DNA of 63,432 nt, counting the filler, from an uncultured bacterium (GTDB lineage Bacteria > CAYJRR01), in assembly GCA_964372275.1 (NCBI GenBank). It is 4 parts of 4 records of this genome, joined end to end, with 100 filler letters (N's around TTAATTAATTAA, not from the genome) between each part and the next. Parts side by side here need not be neighbours in the genome. Positions count along the whole stretch, not along the records: positions 32,009 to 47,761 come from CAYJRR010000106.1; positions 47,862 to 63,432 come from CAYJRR010000107.1; 2 more parts are not named here. One strand, written 5' to 3'. The notes under the pieces were generated by a model. The model did not search any database, had not been told where the DNA came from, and saw only the letters and a list, made by a program, of their open reading frames with translations. Below, piece after piece: positions 41,930 to 50,770 of this stretch (positions are counted from its first letter, which is position 1; the number at the start of each line of letters is the position of its first letter). Made by a program: the position numbers and the translations under genes.

Positions 41930-43296
41930 GGGCGCCTCCGCAGGTACCACAGCGCGGTGTGCCCGCCTCCGGGAGGGCGAACCAGCACCAGCGCGGCGGT
42001 CGCGTCGGGACCGGGCGCGGCGGCAATGGCGGCCACCTCGCCGTCGACGGTCGCGCTCCAGAGCGGTCGATCGGCGGGCGACCCGGCGGTGAGCGTCACG
42101 GTGTCGGCGACCGGTTCGGATCCGCGCCCGGCGCACAGCACGTCGGTTCGCCCGTCCGCGTCCCAGTCGGCGAGCGCGTAGGCGGAGCCGCAACCGACGA
42201 CCCGCGCCACCTCCTTGAGATCGCCCCGCAGGAGCGCGATCGCGCCGCGACCGTCGAGCAGTCCGAACGCCGCCGACGCGCCGTCGAGCCGCGCGGCCGC
42301 CGCCTGTTCCGCCTCGCGGAGGTCGAGCCACGCGGTCCGCGCGGTCCTCGCGCCGCCGGCGGACGGGAGCCATGGCCGCTCCACGAAGTGGTTCGTCCCC
42401 GGCTCCAGCTCGGCCGAGAACCGCTGTTCTCCGGCGGAGGACCAGCGGCTGGCCAGCACGATCCCGTCGCGGTCGGCGCGACGCTCGAGACCGCCGCCAC
42501 GCCAGGCGTAGACGCGCGTGCGCGCCTCGCCGCCTCGGCGGACATGGACCTCCCCCGCCCCCCCTGCCGAGGCGACGACGCGGGCAAAGGTCCGTGGCGC
42601 GCGGGTGGCGATCGGCGCGCGCCCGACGGCCGGGCCCTCGTCGAATCGGACCGCGGCGCGCCGCACGGGTCCGTCGGGGCTCGTCGAATAGACGAGGAGC
42701 TCGTCGTGCGTCGCCACCGCCAGCTCGGCACGGCCGTCGCCGTCGACATCCCCCGCGTCGGCGTCGAGGGCCTCTCCCGGGAGGGTGCCGACCCTCCGCC
42801 AGGTGTAGCCGAGGCGATCGGGCGGCGGCGTCTCCGCCGGGACCAGCCACGGAATCCAGGCATCGTTCTCCGCGGCGGTGGCGAAGGCCCACGCTTCGGT
42901 CCGGCCATCGCGGGCGAGCGGACCCCCGACGGCGAGCGCGCCGCCGTGGCGGGCGAATCGGAGCGAGATCGTGACCCCCCCGCCGTCCATCCGTTCCGGG
43001 CTCGGCGACGGGTCGGCCCGGAGCCCGAATCCCCCTTCGGCGAACAGCGCTTCGACCAGCACCCGCGCGATCTCCGACTCGGCCGGCGAGGCCTCGAGCC
43101 CGGTGTCGGCGCGCAGCTCGACGCGCGCCGTCCGCGCGCCGATGCGTTTCATCTCCCGCGCGATCGAGGACGCCAGCTCGGTGGCGAGCGCGGCGGGGGG
43201 GGACGGCGGCGGAGGCGTGGCGGCGAGGGGCGCGGCAGCGGCCAACGCCGCGGACAGCAGCATCAACGGCGCGGCGGCGATGCGTAACGGGAGCAT
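41926..43296 (-). CDS. Exported FG-GAP/VCBS repeat protein
   Basis: Signal peptide; GDVDGDGRAELAV and ADWDADGRTDV motifs. Confidence 0.6.
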   Translation of the reverse strand: MLPLRIAAAPLMLLSAALAAAAPLAATPPPPSPPAALATELASSIAREMKRIGARTARVELRADTGLEASPAESEIARVLVEALFAEGGFGLRADPSPSPERMDGGGVTISLRFARHGGALAVGGPLARDGRTEAWAFATAAENDAWIPWLVPAETPPPDRLGYTWRRVGTLPGEALDADAGDVDGDGRAELAVATHDELLVYSTSPDGPVRRAAVRFDEGPAVGRAPIATRAPRTFARVVASAGGAGEVHVRRGGEARTRVYAWRGGGLERRADRDGIVLASRWSSAGEQRFSAELEPGTNHFVERPWLPSAGGARTARTAWLDLREAEQAAAARLDGASAAFGLLDGRGAIALLRGDLKEVARVVGCGSAYALADWDADGRTDVLCAGRGSEPVADTVTLTAGSPADRPLWSATVDGEVAAIAAAPGPDATAALVLVRPPGGGHTALWYLRRRP

Positions 43297-43319
43297 CGAC
43301 GGAACGTCACGATAGCACG

Positions 43320-43715
43320 TCAGAAGGGGAGCTTCTCGGCGAGGAGGCCGACCACCGGAAGGGGTTTCGCCTCCCCGCGCAGCGCACCGACGGCACCGAC
43401 GACGGTCATCGCCAGCGCAAAGGCGCTCGTCAGACCTTGGAGCAGGGTGCCGACGCAGGTCGTCTGCGCGCCGAGCACGGCGGTGACGAGCGCGTCGACG
43501 GCGAAGCCGGCGATGGCGAGCCCCACGGCGGCGACGTAGAGCGCCGCCCCCTGCCGGGCGTGGAACTGCGCGAACGGGTTGTCGCGCGCGCCGAACATCG
43601 GTACCAGGAACCCCGGCAGGCAGCAGACGCAGACGTAGCCGATCGCCGCCAGATTCTTTGCGGTCGCGATGTCGCGGGGTTCGTAGCTCGGCGGACCGTG
43701 TGCCACGTCGGCCAT
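43320..43715 (-). CDS. DUF4870-like small membrane protein
   Basis: NPFAQFHARQG motif, hydrophobic helices, GEAKPLPVVG. Confidence 0.65.
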   Translation of the reverse strand: MADVAHGPPSYEPRDIATAKNLAAIGYVCVCCLPGFLVPMFGARDNPFAQFHARQGAALYVAAVGLAIAGFAVDALVTAVLGAQTTCVGTLLQGLTSAFALAMTVVGAVGALRGEAKPLPVVGLLAEKLPF

Positions 43716-43776
43716 GACGGCCGGATCCTACCCTTTCGATCGGTTCGGCGCCGCGACGAGGAGACGTCGTCCGGCG

Positions 43777-43806
43777 TTGACAGCGATCCGGCTCGCCCAA
43801 GAGAAT
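43777..43806 (+). promoter_or_regulatory. Putative sigma70 promoter
   Basis: TTGACA-N18-GAGAAT just upstream of ATG 43818. Confidence 0.45.
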
Positions 43807-43817
43807 GCGCGTTCTTC

Positions 43818-45215
43818 ATGAAACGGCTTCCGATCGCCGCGGCTGCGCTCACCCTCCTCGCCGCCGCTCCACCGGCGGGCGCGACCGAGTTCGCGCTCGG
43901 CGGCTACTACCGGATGCGGCTGGAGATGTTCAAGAGCCTCGGCGCCGGGGTCGGGCTCGAAGGGGTCACCGCCGACCGCACGACCGGCTTCTGGCAGCAT
44001 CGCGTCCGGCTCGACCCCAAGATCAAGCTCAACGACAACGTCGCCTTCTTCGCGCAGATCGACCTGCTCGACAACGTGATCGCCGGCGACGTTCCGGAGA
44101 TCGCGACCTCCTTCGAAACGGCGCTCCCCGAGTTCTTCAGCCAGGGGGTTCTGCCGCAACACGACGTCGACCCCAGCGGCGACGTGGTCGGCGATTCGCG
44201 CCGCGCGATCGCCGTCAAGCGCGCGTGGGCGGAGGTGTTGACCGGCGTCGGCCAGCTCAAGTTCGGCCGGATGGGAAGCCACTGGGGGTTGGGGATCCTC
44301 GCCAACGACGGGAACGGCTGGGACGACGACTACGGCGACACCGTCGACCGGATCCAGTTCGTCACCAAGCTCGGGCCGATCTACGTCGTCCCGATGATCG
44401 ACAAGATCGCCGAGGGGGACTTCTTCTCCGCGGAGAACGACCAGCGCGCCTACGACCCGGTCGACAACCCCGCCTCGCTCCACCGCGGGTCCGACGACGT
44501 CGACGAGGCGGTGCTGGTGACCGTCTACCGCGGCGAGTTGACCAGCGCCGGCGTCTACGGCGCGCTGCGCGTGCAGCCGGCGACCGACGCGCGGGTCTGG
44601 ATCGGCGATGCCTGGGGGAAGACGCGGATCGGCCCGGTGGCCGTCGAAGGGGAGGCGGTCTACCTCACCGGCGAGATCAAGAACTTCATCCCGCCGAACT
44701 CGCCGCCGAGCATCACCGCCCGGCAGTGGGGGATCGCGATCGAAACCGAGCTACCGCTGCGCCGCTGGACGCCCGGCCTCGACTTCGGCGCGGCGTCGGG
44801 GGACGACGCCGACGGGCCGACCGACGGTTCGATCGACAACTTCACCTTCGACCGGAACTACCGGGTCGCCTTCCTCCTCTTCCGCTTCGTCCACGTCCTG
44901 AACGCCCCCAAGGCGCTGACCAACGCCGTCTACTACCGGCCAACGCTGCGATGGAAGCCGGCGGAGAACCTCGAGGTCGACGCGGCGCTGGTCTACGCCA
45001 AGACGCTGCGTACGCCGCCGGAGGCGATCGGAACCAAGACCGGCGCCTACGGCACGGAGCTCGACCTGCAGGCGACCTGGAAGCTGTACGAGAGCTTCGA
45101 GCTCGGTCTGCGCTACGCCCTGCTCGCCCCCGGAGAGGCGCTCAAGCCCGCCGGTTCGGGCGAGCTCGACGACTTCGTGCACGGCGTCGAAGGCCGTTTC
45201 CTGCTGCGCTTCTGA
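43818..45215 (+). CDS. Outer-membrane beta-barrel protein, TIGR04551-like
   Basis: Signal peptide, GYYRMR, VKRAWAEV..GRMGSHWGLGILANDG..DYGDTVDR, terminal Phe. Confidence 0.7.
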   Translation: MKRLPIAAAALTLLAAAPPAGATEFALGGYYRMRLEMFKSLGAGVGLEGVTADRTTGFWQHRVRLDPKIKLNDNVAFFAQIDLLDNVIAGDVPEIATSFETALPEFFSQGVLPQHDVDPSGDVVGDSRRAIAVKRAWAEVLTGVGQLKFGRMGSHWGLGILANDGNGWDDDYGDTVDRIQFVTKLGPIYVVPMIDKIAEGDFFSAENDQRAYDPVDNPASLHRGSDDVDEAVLVTVYRGELTSAGVYGALRVQPATDARVWIGDAWGKTRIGPVAVEGEAVYLTGEIKNFIPPNSPPSITARQWGIAIETELPLRRWTPGLDFGAASGDDADGPTDGSIDNFTFDRNYRVAFLLFRFVHVLNAPKALTNAVYYRPTLRWKPAENLEVDAALVYAKTLRTPPEAIGTKTGAYGTELDLQATWKLYESFELGLRYALLAPGEALKPAGSGELDDFVHGVEGRFLLRF

Positions 45216-46396
45216 TGGCTCGGAGGGCTCGCGCGCCCGCGGCGATTGCCGCGCTTGCGCTGGCGGCGGCGTGCGGGATCCGCGGAGCGCCGCCGAGCCC
45301 GAAGGCTCCGGCGGCCGTCGCGGCGCTCAAGGTCGAGGCGCGCGACGGCGCGGTGCGAATCGCCTGGAAAGGGGATCCGTCCGCCGCGCGCGAGCGGCTG
45401 CCCGCGTTCGACGTCTTGCGCCGGGCCGACGACCCGGAGGCGCGCGGCCACTTCGTCCCGGTCGGCGCCGTTCCGGCGGCGGGCGCCGGCCGCTACGAGC
45501 TGTACGACCGGACGGTCGATCCCGGCCGCCGGTATTCCTACCGGGTCCAGTTGCGCGTTCCGGTGGAGGCGCCCCCCGAAGCGATTCGCTACCGCGGTCC
45601 CGAGCGGACGATTTCGTGGGAGCTGCCCCCTGCCGCGCCGACCGGCGTCTCCGCCACGCCGCTCCACATGGCGGCACGGGTCCACTGGGAGCCGGTCGAG
45701 CGCGCGGCGGGCTACCGCGTCTACGAAGTCGGTGACGACGGACGGCCGCTCCCGGAACCGATGCACCGCGGCCTGCTCGATCGTTCGCCGTGGACCGCCG
45801 TTGGTCTCCCGGACGGTCGACCGTTCTCGTTCGTCGTCCGGTCGGTCCGGCTCGTCGACGCGGTCTCCACCTCCGTCGACGGCGACGCCGGCTCGGCCGG
45901 GCCCGCGCCCGAGGAGGCGCCGTTCGGGCCGAGCGCGGCGGAGGTGTCCGACGCGGCGCTCGAAGGGGTCGCGATCCCGGCGGCCGCCGTCGCCCGGCGC
46001 GCGGGCGGGTCGTTCTTGGGAACCACCGCCCTTCCGGGTATCGAGTCGGTCTCCTCGGAGGTCGTCTCGGTCGTCCCTGGCGTCACCGAGCCGGCCCCGC
46101 CGCCGACCCGGGTCAGCCTGGCGTCGACCGCCGAGGGGATCGCCCTCTCCTGGCGGACCTCGACAGGCGAGCAGGTGGTGGGCTACCACGTCGAGCGCCG
46201 CGCGCTCGACGTGGACGGGATGGTGTCGCCCGGAGCCGAATGGCGGCGCCTGACCGAGCGGCCGGTCGCCGCCAGCGGCTGGGTCGATCGCGAGGTGAAG
46301 AAGGGGAAGCGCTACGAATACCGCGTGCGGGCGGTCGACGCGTCGGGGACCGAAGGGGCGTCGTCGCCGCCGAAGTCGCTCGCTTGGGAAGGATAG
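45215..46396 (+). CDS. Lipoprotein with fibronectin type III domains
   Basis: LAAAC-GIRGAPP lipobox; three FN3-like units (W..GYRVY/GYHVER..Y.YRVRAVD). Confidence 0.75.
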   Translation: MARRARAPAAIAALALAAACGIRGAPPSPKAPAAVAALKVEARDGAVRIAWKGDPSAARERLPAFDVLRRADDPEARGHFVPVGAVPAAGAGRYELYDRTVDPGRRYSYRVQLRVPVEAPPEAIRYRGPERTISWELPPAAPTGVSATPLHMAARVHWEPVERAAGYRVYEVGDDGRPLPEPMHRGLLDRSPWTAVGLPDGRPFSFVVRSVRLVDAVSTSVDGDAGSAGPAPEEAPFGPSAAEVSDAALEGVAIPAAAVARRAGGSFLGTTALPGIESVSSEVVSVVPGVTEPAPPPTRVSLASTAEGIALSWRTSTGEQVVGYHVERRALDVDGMVSPGAEWRRLTERPVAASGWVDREVKKGKRYEYRVRAVDASGTEGASSPPKSLAWEG

Positions 46397-46400
46397 GACG

Positions 46401-47654
46401 ATGCACGAGTTCCAGTACCGCGAGGGAAGACTCCACGCCGAATCGGTGAGCGTCGAAGCGCTCGCCTCCCGGTTCGGCACGCCGCTCTACGTCTACAGCG
46501 CCGCGACGCTCACCCGCCACGTGCAGGCGATCGACCGCGCCTTCGCCGGTCACCCGCACACCGTCTGCTTCTCGGCGAAGGCCAACTCCAACATCGCGGT
46601 GCTCCGGCTGCTCGCGTCGCAGGGGGCGGGGATGGACATCGTCTCCGGCGGCGAGCTGGCGCGCGCGCGCACGGCGGGGGTGCGGCCGGAGCGCATCGTC
46701 TTCTCCGGCGTCGGCAAGCAGGACCACGAGATCGAGGCGGCGCTCGACGCCGGGATCCTCTTCTTCAACGTGGAGGTCGAGGAGGAGCTCTCGCGCATCG
46801 ACCGGCTCGCCAAGGCGAAGGGGACGAAGGCCGGGATCGCGCTCCGCGTGAATCCCGACGTCGACGCCAAGACCCACGACTACATCTCCACCGGGAAGAA
46901 GGTGAACAAGTTCGGGATCTCGATCGCTCGGGCGGCCGAGGTCTACGCCAAGGCTCGCCGCATGGAGGGTCTCGAGATCCGCGGCGTCGACTGCCACATC
47001 GGCAGCCAACTCACCTCGACCGAGCCGTTCGTGGAGGCGTTGAAGCGCGTGCGGCAGCTGGTGCTCGACCTGCGGAAGGACGGGATCGCGATCCCCTACG
47101 TCGACATCGGCGGCGGCCTCGGCGTCGTCTACAAGGACGAAACCCCGCCCTCCCCCGAGGAGTACGCCAAGGCGATCCTGGGGGCGATCGGCGATCTCGG
47201 CGTCCACCTGGTGCTGGAGCCGGGCAGGGTGATCGTCGCCAACGCCGGGATCCTCGTCTCCCGCGTCCTCTACCGGAAGGAGAACGAGGGGAAGCGTTTC
47301 GTCGTCGTCGACGCCGCGATGAACGACCTCGTCCGGCCGATGATGTACGGAGCGTGGATGGGGATCCAGCCGGTCGTCGAGACGAAAGGGACGGTCGTCG
47401 CCGACGTCGTCGGACCGATCTGCGAGACGGGGGACTTCCTGGCGAAGGACCGCGAGGTGGCCGACGTGAAGGCCGGGGAGCTGCTCGCCGTGATGTCGGC
47501 GGGGGCCTATGGCTTCACCATGTCCTCGAACTACAACACCCGCCCGCGGGCGGCGGAGGTGCTGGTGCGGGGCGGCGACGCGCACCTGATCCGCGAGCGC
47601 GAGACGGTCGAGGAGCTGTTCGCCAAGGAACGGATCCCGGAGTTCCTGCGATGA
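46401..47654 (+). CDS. lysA: Diaminopimelate decarboxylase
   Basis: FGTPLYVY, KANSN, HIGSQ, GGGLG, EPGR, GPICETGD, GAYG..SNYN. Confidence 0.96.
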   Translation: MHEFQYREGRLHAESVSVEALASRFGTPLYVYSAATLTRHVQAIDRAFAGHPHTVCFSAKANSNIAVLRLLASQGAGMDIVSGGELARARTAGVRPERIVFSGVGKQDHEIEAALDAGILFFNVEVEEELSRIDRLAKAKGTKAGIALRVNPDVDAKTHDYISTGKKVNKFGISIARAAEVYAKARRMEGLEIRGVDCHIGSQLTSTEPFVEALKRVRQLVLDLRKDGIAIPYVDIGGGLGVVYKDETPPSPEEYAKAILGAIGDLGVHLVLEPGRVIVANAGILVSRVLYRKENEGKRFVVVDAAMNDLVRPMMYGAWMGIQPVVETKGTVVADVVGPICETGDFLAKDREVADVKAGELLAVMSAGAYGFTMSSNYNTRPRAAEVLVRGGDAHLIRERETVEELFAKERIPEFLR

Positions 47655-47761
47655 CCGCGGAAGGCGGGGCGCGGCGGACGGTGAAGGTCCCGTTCACGAA
47701 GATGCACGGACTGGGGAACGACTTCCTCTTCGTCGACGTGCGGGAGCGGCCGCTCGCCGAT
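47651..47761 (+). CDS. dapF: Diaminopimelate epimerase N terminus; truncated
   Basis: PFTKMHGLGNDF; ATGA overlap with lysA. Confidence 0.88.
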
Positions 47762-47861
47762 NNNNNNNNNNNNNNNNNNNNNNNNNNNNNNNNNNNNNNN
47801 NNNNNTTAATTAATTAANNNNNNNNNNNNNNNNNNNNNNNNNNNNNNNNNNNNNNNNNNNN
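47762..47861. other. Artificial contig linker
   Basis: Same N/TTAATTAATTAA/N structure. Confidence 0.97.
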
Positions 47862-48504
47862 ACTCCTTGAGCGTCTCCCGGTCGACCTCGGCGATCGTGA
47901 TCTCCAGCATCACCTGCTGGACGCCGGCCACCTGGATCATGTTCACCACGTTGGCCGAGCGCCCGCGCTCGCCGCCCGCCGCGCCTGGCGGACCTTCGGC
48001 GTCGTCCCCGCGCGCCGCGCGCCGGCGGGGGGACGGACCTCTCCCTTCGTCGGCGGAGACCCCGGCGATGCTTTCGGCGATCGCCTGCGCCTGCTCCGAC
48101 TGGCGCGCGTCGTCGACCTCTCCCGACAGCACCGCCAGCTCCCCCGCCGCCGAGACGCGGATCGTGTTCTTGGGGAGCAGCTCGTCGATGCGCCGCTTGA
48201 TCAGCTCGATGTCGGGGGAGACGGAGACCGAATAGAAGCGGGTCTCGCCGTTGGTGAACCAGAGGATGAGGTTTGTCGATCCGATGCGGTTGCCGTTGAC
48301 CAACAGCTGCCGCGGCGACACCACCACCACGTTGGCGATCTCGGGGTTGGTGACGCTGGTGCGCTTGAGCTCCGCCGGCACGTCGAGGAGCACCGACTTG
48401 TCGCGGATCACCTCCAGCACCCGGGTCGCGTCCGGCCGAGGCTGGACCTCTCCCGCGGGCGGGGCGGCGAGGGTCGTCAGCAGCGCGAAGAGGGGGGCGA
48501 TCAC
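47862..48504 (-). CDS. cpaC: Tad pilus secretin RcpA/CpaC N-terminal part; 3' truncated
   Basis: VTNPEIANV..LVNG..GSTNLILW, BON-like segment, QQVMLEITIAEVDR. Confidence 0.85.
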
Positions 48505-49376
48505 CGAACGGTCGCGGTCGAGCTCTCCGTCGCCGCCGGCACCGGTTTCGTGAATTCGACCCGGGTCCGACGGTCGTTCTCGATCACGTCGACATTATCG
48601 ACCAACTTCGTCGGCTTTTTCACCTCGATCGGTGCCGCGGCGGCCGGAGCCCGCTCGAGCAGCTTCTGGGTATCGGTCCCCGGGGTCTCGACCGAGCCGA
48701 CATCGCCGTAGGCGCGCATCGTCAGGATCAGCTTCCCCTCCACCGTCGCCAGGCCGATCCGCTCGGCGTCCCCGGGCCGGACGAACAACGTCACGACGGA
48801 AGCGGGGGCGATCTTCATCCCCTCGGCAGTGAGGCTTTGGTCGACCGCCGCCACCTCCGCGTCCTGGAGGATCAGCTTCGACGACGGCGGCTCGCCGCGC
48901 TGCGACTTGAGCACCGCCACCACGTCGACCTTCGCCCCGGGGACGAGGAACCCGGCCACTCCGGAGACCTCGTCCACCTTCAACGTCATCGCCCGATAGC
49001 CTTCGGGGATGACCCCCTGGAGGCTGCCCGTCCCTCCGCGGGGCGCGAGCTTCGGCTCGAGCAGGGTCTCCCCCGCGAAGAGCCGCACCCGAGACATGCG
49101 CCCGACCGCCGTCTCTGTCTCCAGGACGGCGGTCGGGGGCACCGCTTCAGCGGGCAGCCTCAGCACCTGAATGTCGTCGGGCCCGATCCGGGTCAACGCC
49201 GGCAGATCCCGGGTCACGACGACGATCTCTTTCTTGGGTTTCGCGTCTTGGGCCTTGGCGACCACCTCCGACGCGACGCGTTCGCGGATCCAGACCCGCG
49301 CCCCCTTGGCGGCGGCGAGGCCTACCCCCAGGGCGACGAACAGCATCATCCATCCGCGATAGTTCGTCCGGTTCAT
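48501..49376 (-). CDS. cpaB: Flp pilus assembly protein CpaB/RcpC
   Basis: SAF domain; IPEGYRAMTLKVDEVSGVAGFLVPGAKVDV. Confidence 0.92.
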   Translation of the reverse strand: MNRTNYRGWMMLFVALGVGLAAAKGARVWIRERVASEVVAKAQDAKPKKEIVVVTRDLPALTRIGPDDIQVLRLPAEAVPPTAVLETETAVGRMSRVRLFAGETLLEPKLAPRGGTGSLQGVIPEGYRAMTLKVDEVSGVAGFLVPGAKVDVVAVLKSQRGEPPSSKLILQDAEVAAVDQSLTAEGMKIAPASVVTLFVRPGDAERIGLATVEGKLILTMRAYGDVGSVETPGTDTQKLLERAPAAAAPIEVKKPTKLVDNVDVIENDRRTRVEFTKPVPAATESSTATVR

Positions 49377-49378
49377 CG

Positions 49379-49813
49379 CTACTCTTTCATCATCTTCGCG
49401 CGACCGCGAATGGTAAACGAATAGGCGATCGCCGTCAGTTCGAACGGAACCGACGCGTCGACCTGGATCGTGTTTCCGGAAAGGACGGTCGACGGTTCGG
49501 CGCTCACCGTCACGGTGGCCGTCGTGGCGAGGTCGGTCCCGACCAGGAAGTCGCGCACCCGGGCGTCGACGTCGGCGGAGGTCACGGGACGCGCGGCGAT
49601 CGCGAGACGCCCACCCTCCCGACACGCGGCGACCAGGTTCTGCTGGATCATGTAGGCCCGCCCGAAGTCGAAGATCCCGAGGAGGAACATGACCAGGAGC
49701 GGCAGGATGAGGGCGGCCTCGACCGCCGACCCGCCGTGGTCGTCACGGTAGAGCGACCCCGGCGAGCCGAAGCCCCTGGACGAGCATCGTCCCGATCGCG
49801 ATCGGCACGGCAT
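49379..49813 (-). CDS. tadE: TadE-like pseudopilin; start uncertain
   Basis: GSAVEAALILPLL..GIFDFGR..REGGR. Confidence 0.82.
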   Translation of the reverse strand: MPCRSRSGRCSSRGFGSPGSLYRDDHGGSAVEAALILPLLVMFLLGIFDFGRAYMIQQNLVAACREGGRLAIAARPVTSADVDARVRDFLVGTDLATTATVTVSAEPSTVLSGNTIQVDASVPFELTAIAYSFTIRGRAKMMKE

Positions 49814-50283
49814 AGGGGAGTTTGGAAAACGTCGGGTCATCGGGTTTCTCGGGCGCCCCCACGGTATGGTTCCGCCGGGTCACCAACGTCAACCACCAGC
49901 CTTCGAGCATGGGACGCAGGGTGGCGAACGCGCGGCCGCGCAACGCCAGGGCCACCAACCCCATCACGCCTCCGATCAGGGCGATCGCCACGAACGTCCG
50001 CAGCAGCTCGCCGGGACCGAGCACGGCGCCGATCCCGGCGAGGAGCTTCACGTCGCCGGCCCCCATCCCCCGGAGCAGATAGACCGGAAGGAGAAGGCCG
50101 GCGCCGGCCAACAGACCCAGGAACGAAGCCCCCAGCCCCGTCACGCCTCCGGAAAGGAGGCCGAGGAGGAGACCCGCCGCCATCATCCCGAAGGTGAGGC
50201 GGTTCGGGATGCGGCGGCGGCGGATATCGCCGGCCGCGGCGACGACCAGGCTGCCCCCCAGCAGCGCCGCGACGACGATCTCC
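49743..50283 (-). CDS. cpaA: Prepilin peptidase CpaA/TadV (A24); homology extends upstream of the first ATG at 50186, start uncertain
   Basis: GDIRRRRIPNRLT, GMGAGDVKL, LPYAVPIA. Confidence 0.82.
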
Positions 50284-50319
50284 CGGGTTCCCGGATGTGC
50301 CGAAACGAGAGCGACCCTT

Positions 50320-50505
50320 CTAGAAGACGGCGCTGGCGATCTCGTCGCCGATGTCCTTCAGCTTGAGATCGAGCTTGGTGCCGATGTAGGTCGCGCCGGT
50401 GATGACCGCGGCCGCGATGAAGCCGACGCCGACGGCGTACTCGACCATCGACGCACCCTCGTCCTCGCGCAGAATCTTCGCCGCGATCTGGATGAGCTTC
50501 TTCAT
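50320..50505 (-). CDS. flp: Flp/Fap type IVb pilin
   Basis: 61 aa; EDEG^ASMVEYA Flp motif followed by a hydrophobic helix; GAGAGG RBS. Confidence 0.92.
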   Translation of the reverse strand: MKKLIQIAAKILREDEGASMVEYAVGVGFIAAAVITGATYIGTKLDLKLKDIGDEIASAVF

Positions 50506-50582
50506 GGTGATGCCTCTCTTCCCGTATGTGAGATTGTTTGAGTCAGCCCGCTGAACAGCATCCGCAACGTATCACGGGAAAT

Positions 50583-50754
50583 TCACAACCCGTTCCAACC
50601 TAGGTCGTATTTTTATTTTTGCCAGAGTGACTGGATTTGCTGGTGTTTTCTTCGGTGGGGGTGATACACCTGCCCGTTTGCGCATCGGTTGCGCGTCATA
50701 GAAATGACACGGTTGCCCCATGACTGGGACCTTTTTGTGTCAGTCCATTGACGC
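50583..50754 (-). promoter_or_regulatory. Putative sigma54-type promoter with upstream activator palindromes for the flp operon
   Basis: Minus-strand TGGAACG-N4-GTGA (50597-50583); A/T tract ~50608-50620; GCGTCA-N6-TGACAC (50693) and GTGTCA-N6-TGACGC (50737). Confidence 0.5.
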
Positions 50755-50770
50755 CCTCCGGGACCGTTCC

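Noticed and set aside
40461-42026. Long N-terminal extension of the histidine kinase (1120-aa ORF)
   Set aside because: Off-frame overlap with the SBP gene; GTG 40460 gives a normal two-TM kinase.
15990-47861. Three identical TTAATTAATTAA motifs flanked by N, and any gene linkage across them
   Set aside because: Artificial 100-nt contig joiners; contig lengths decrease in order, as in a size-sorted assembly.
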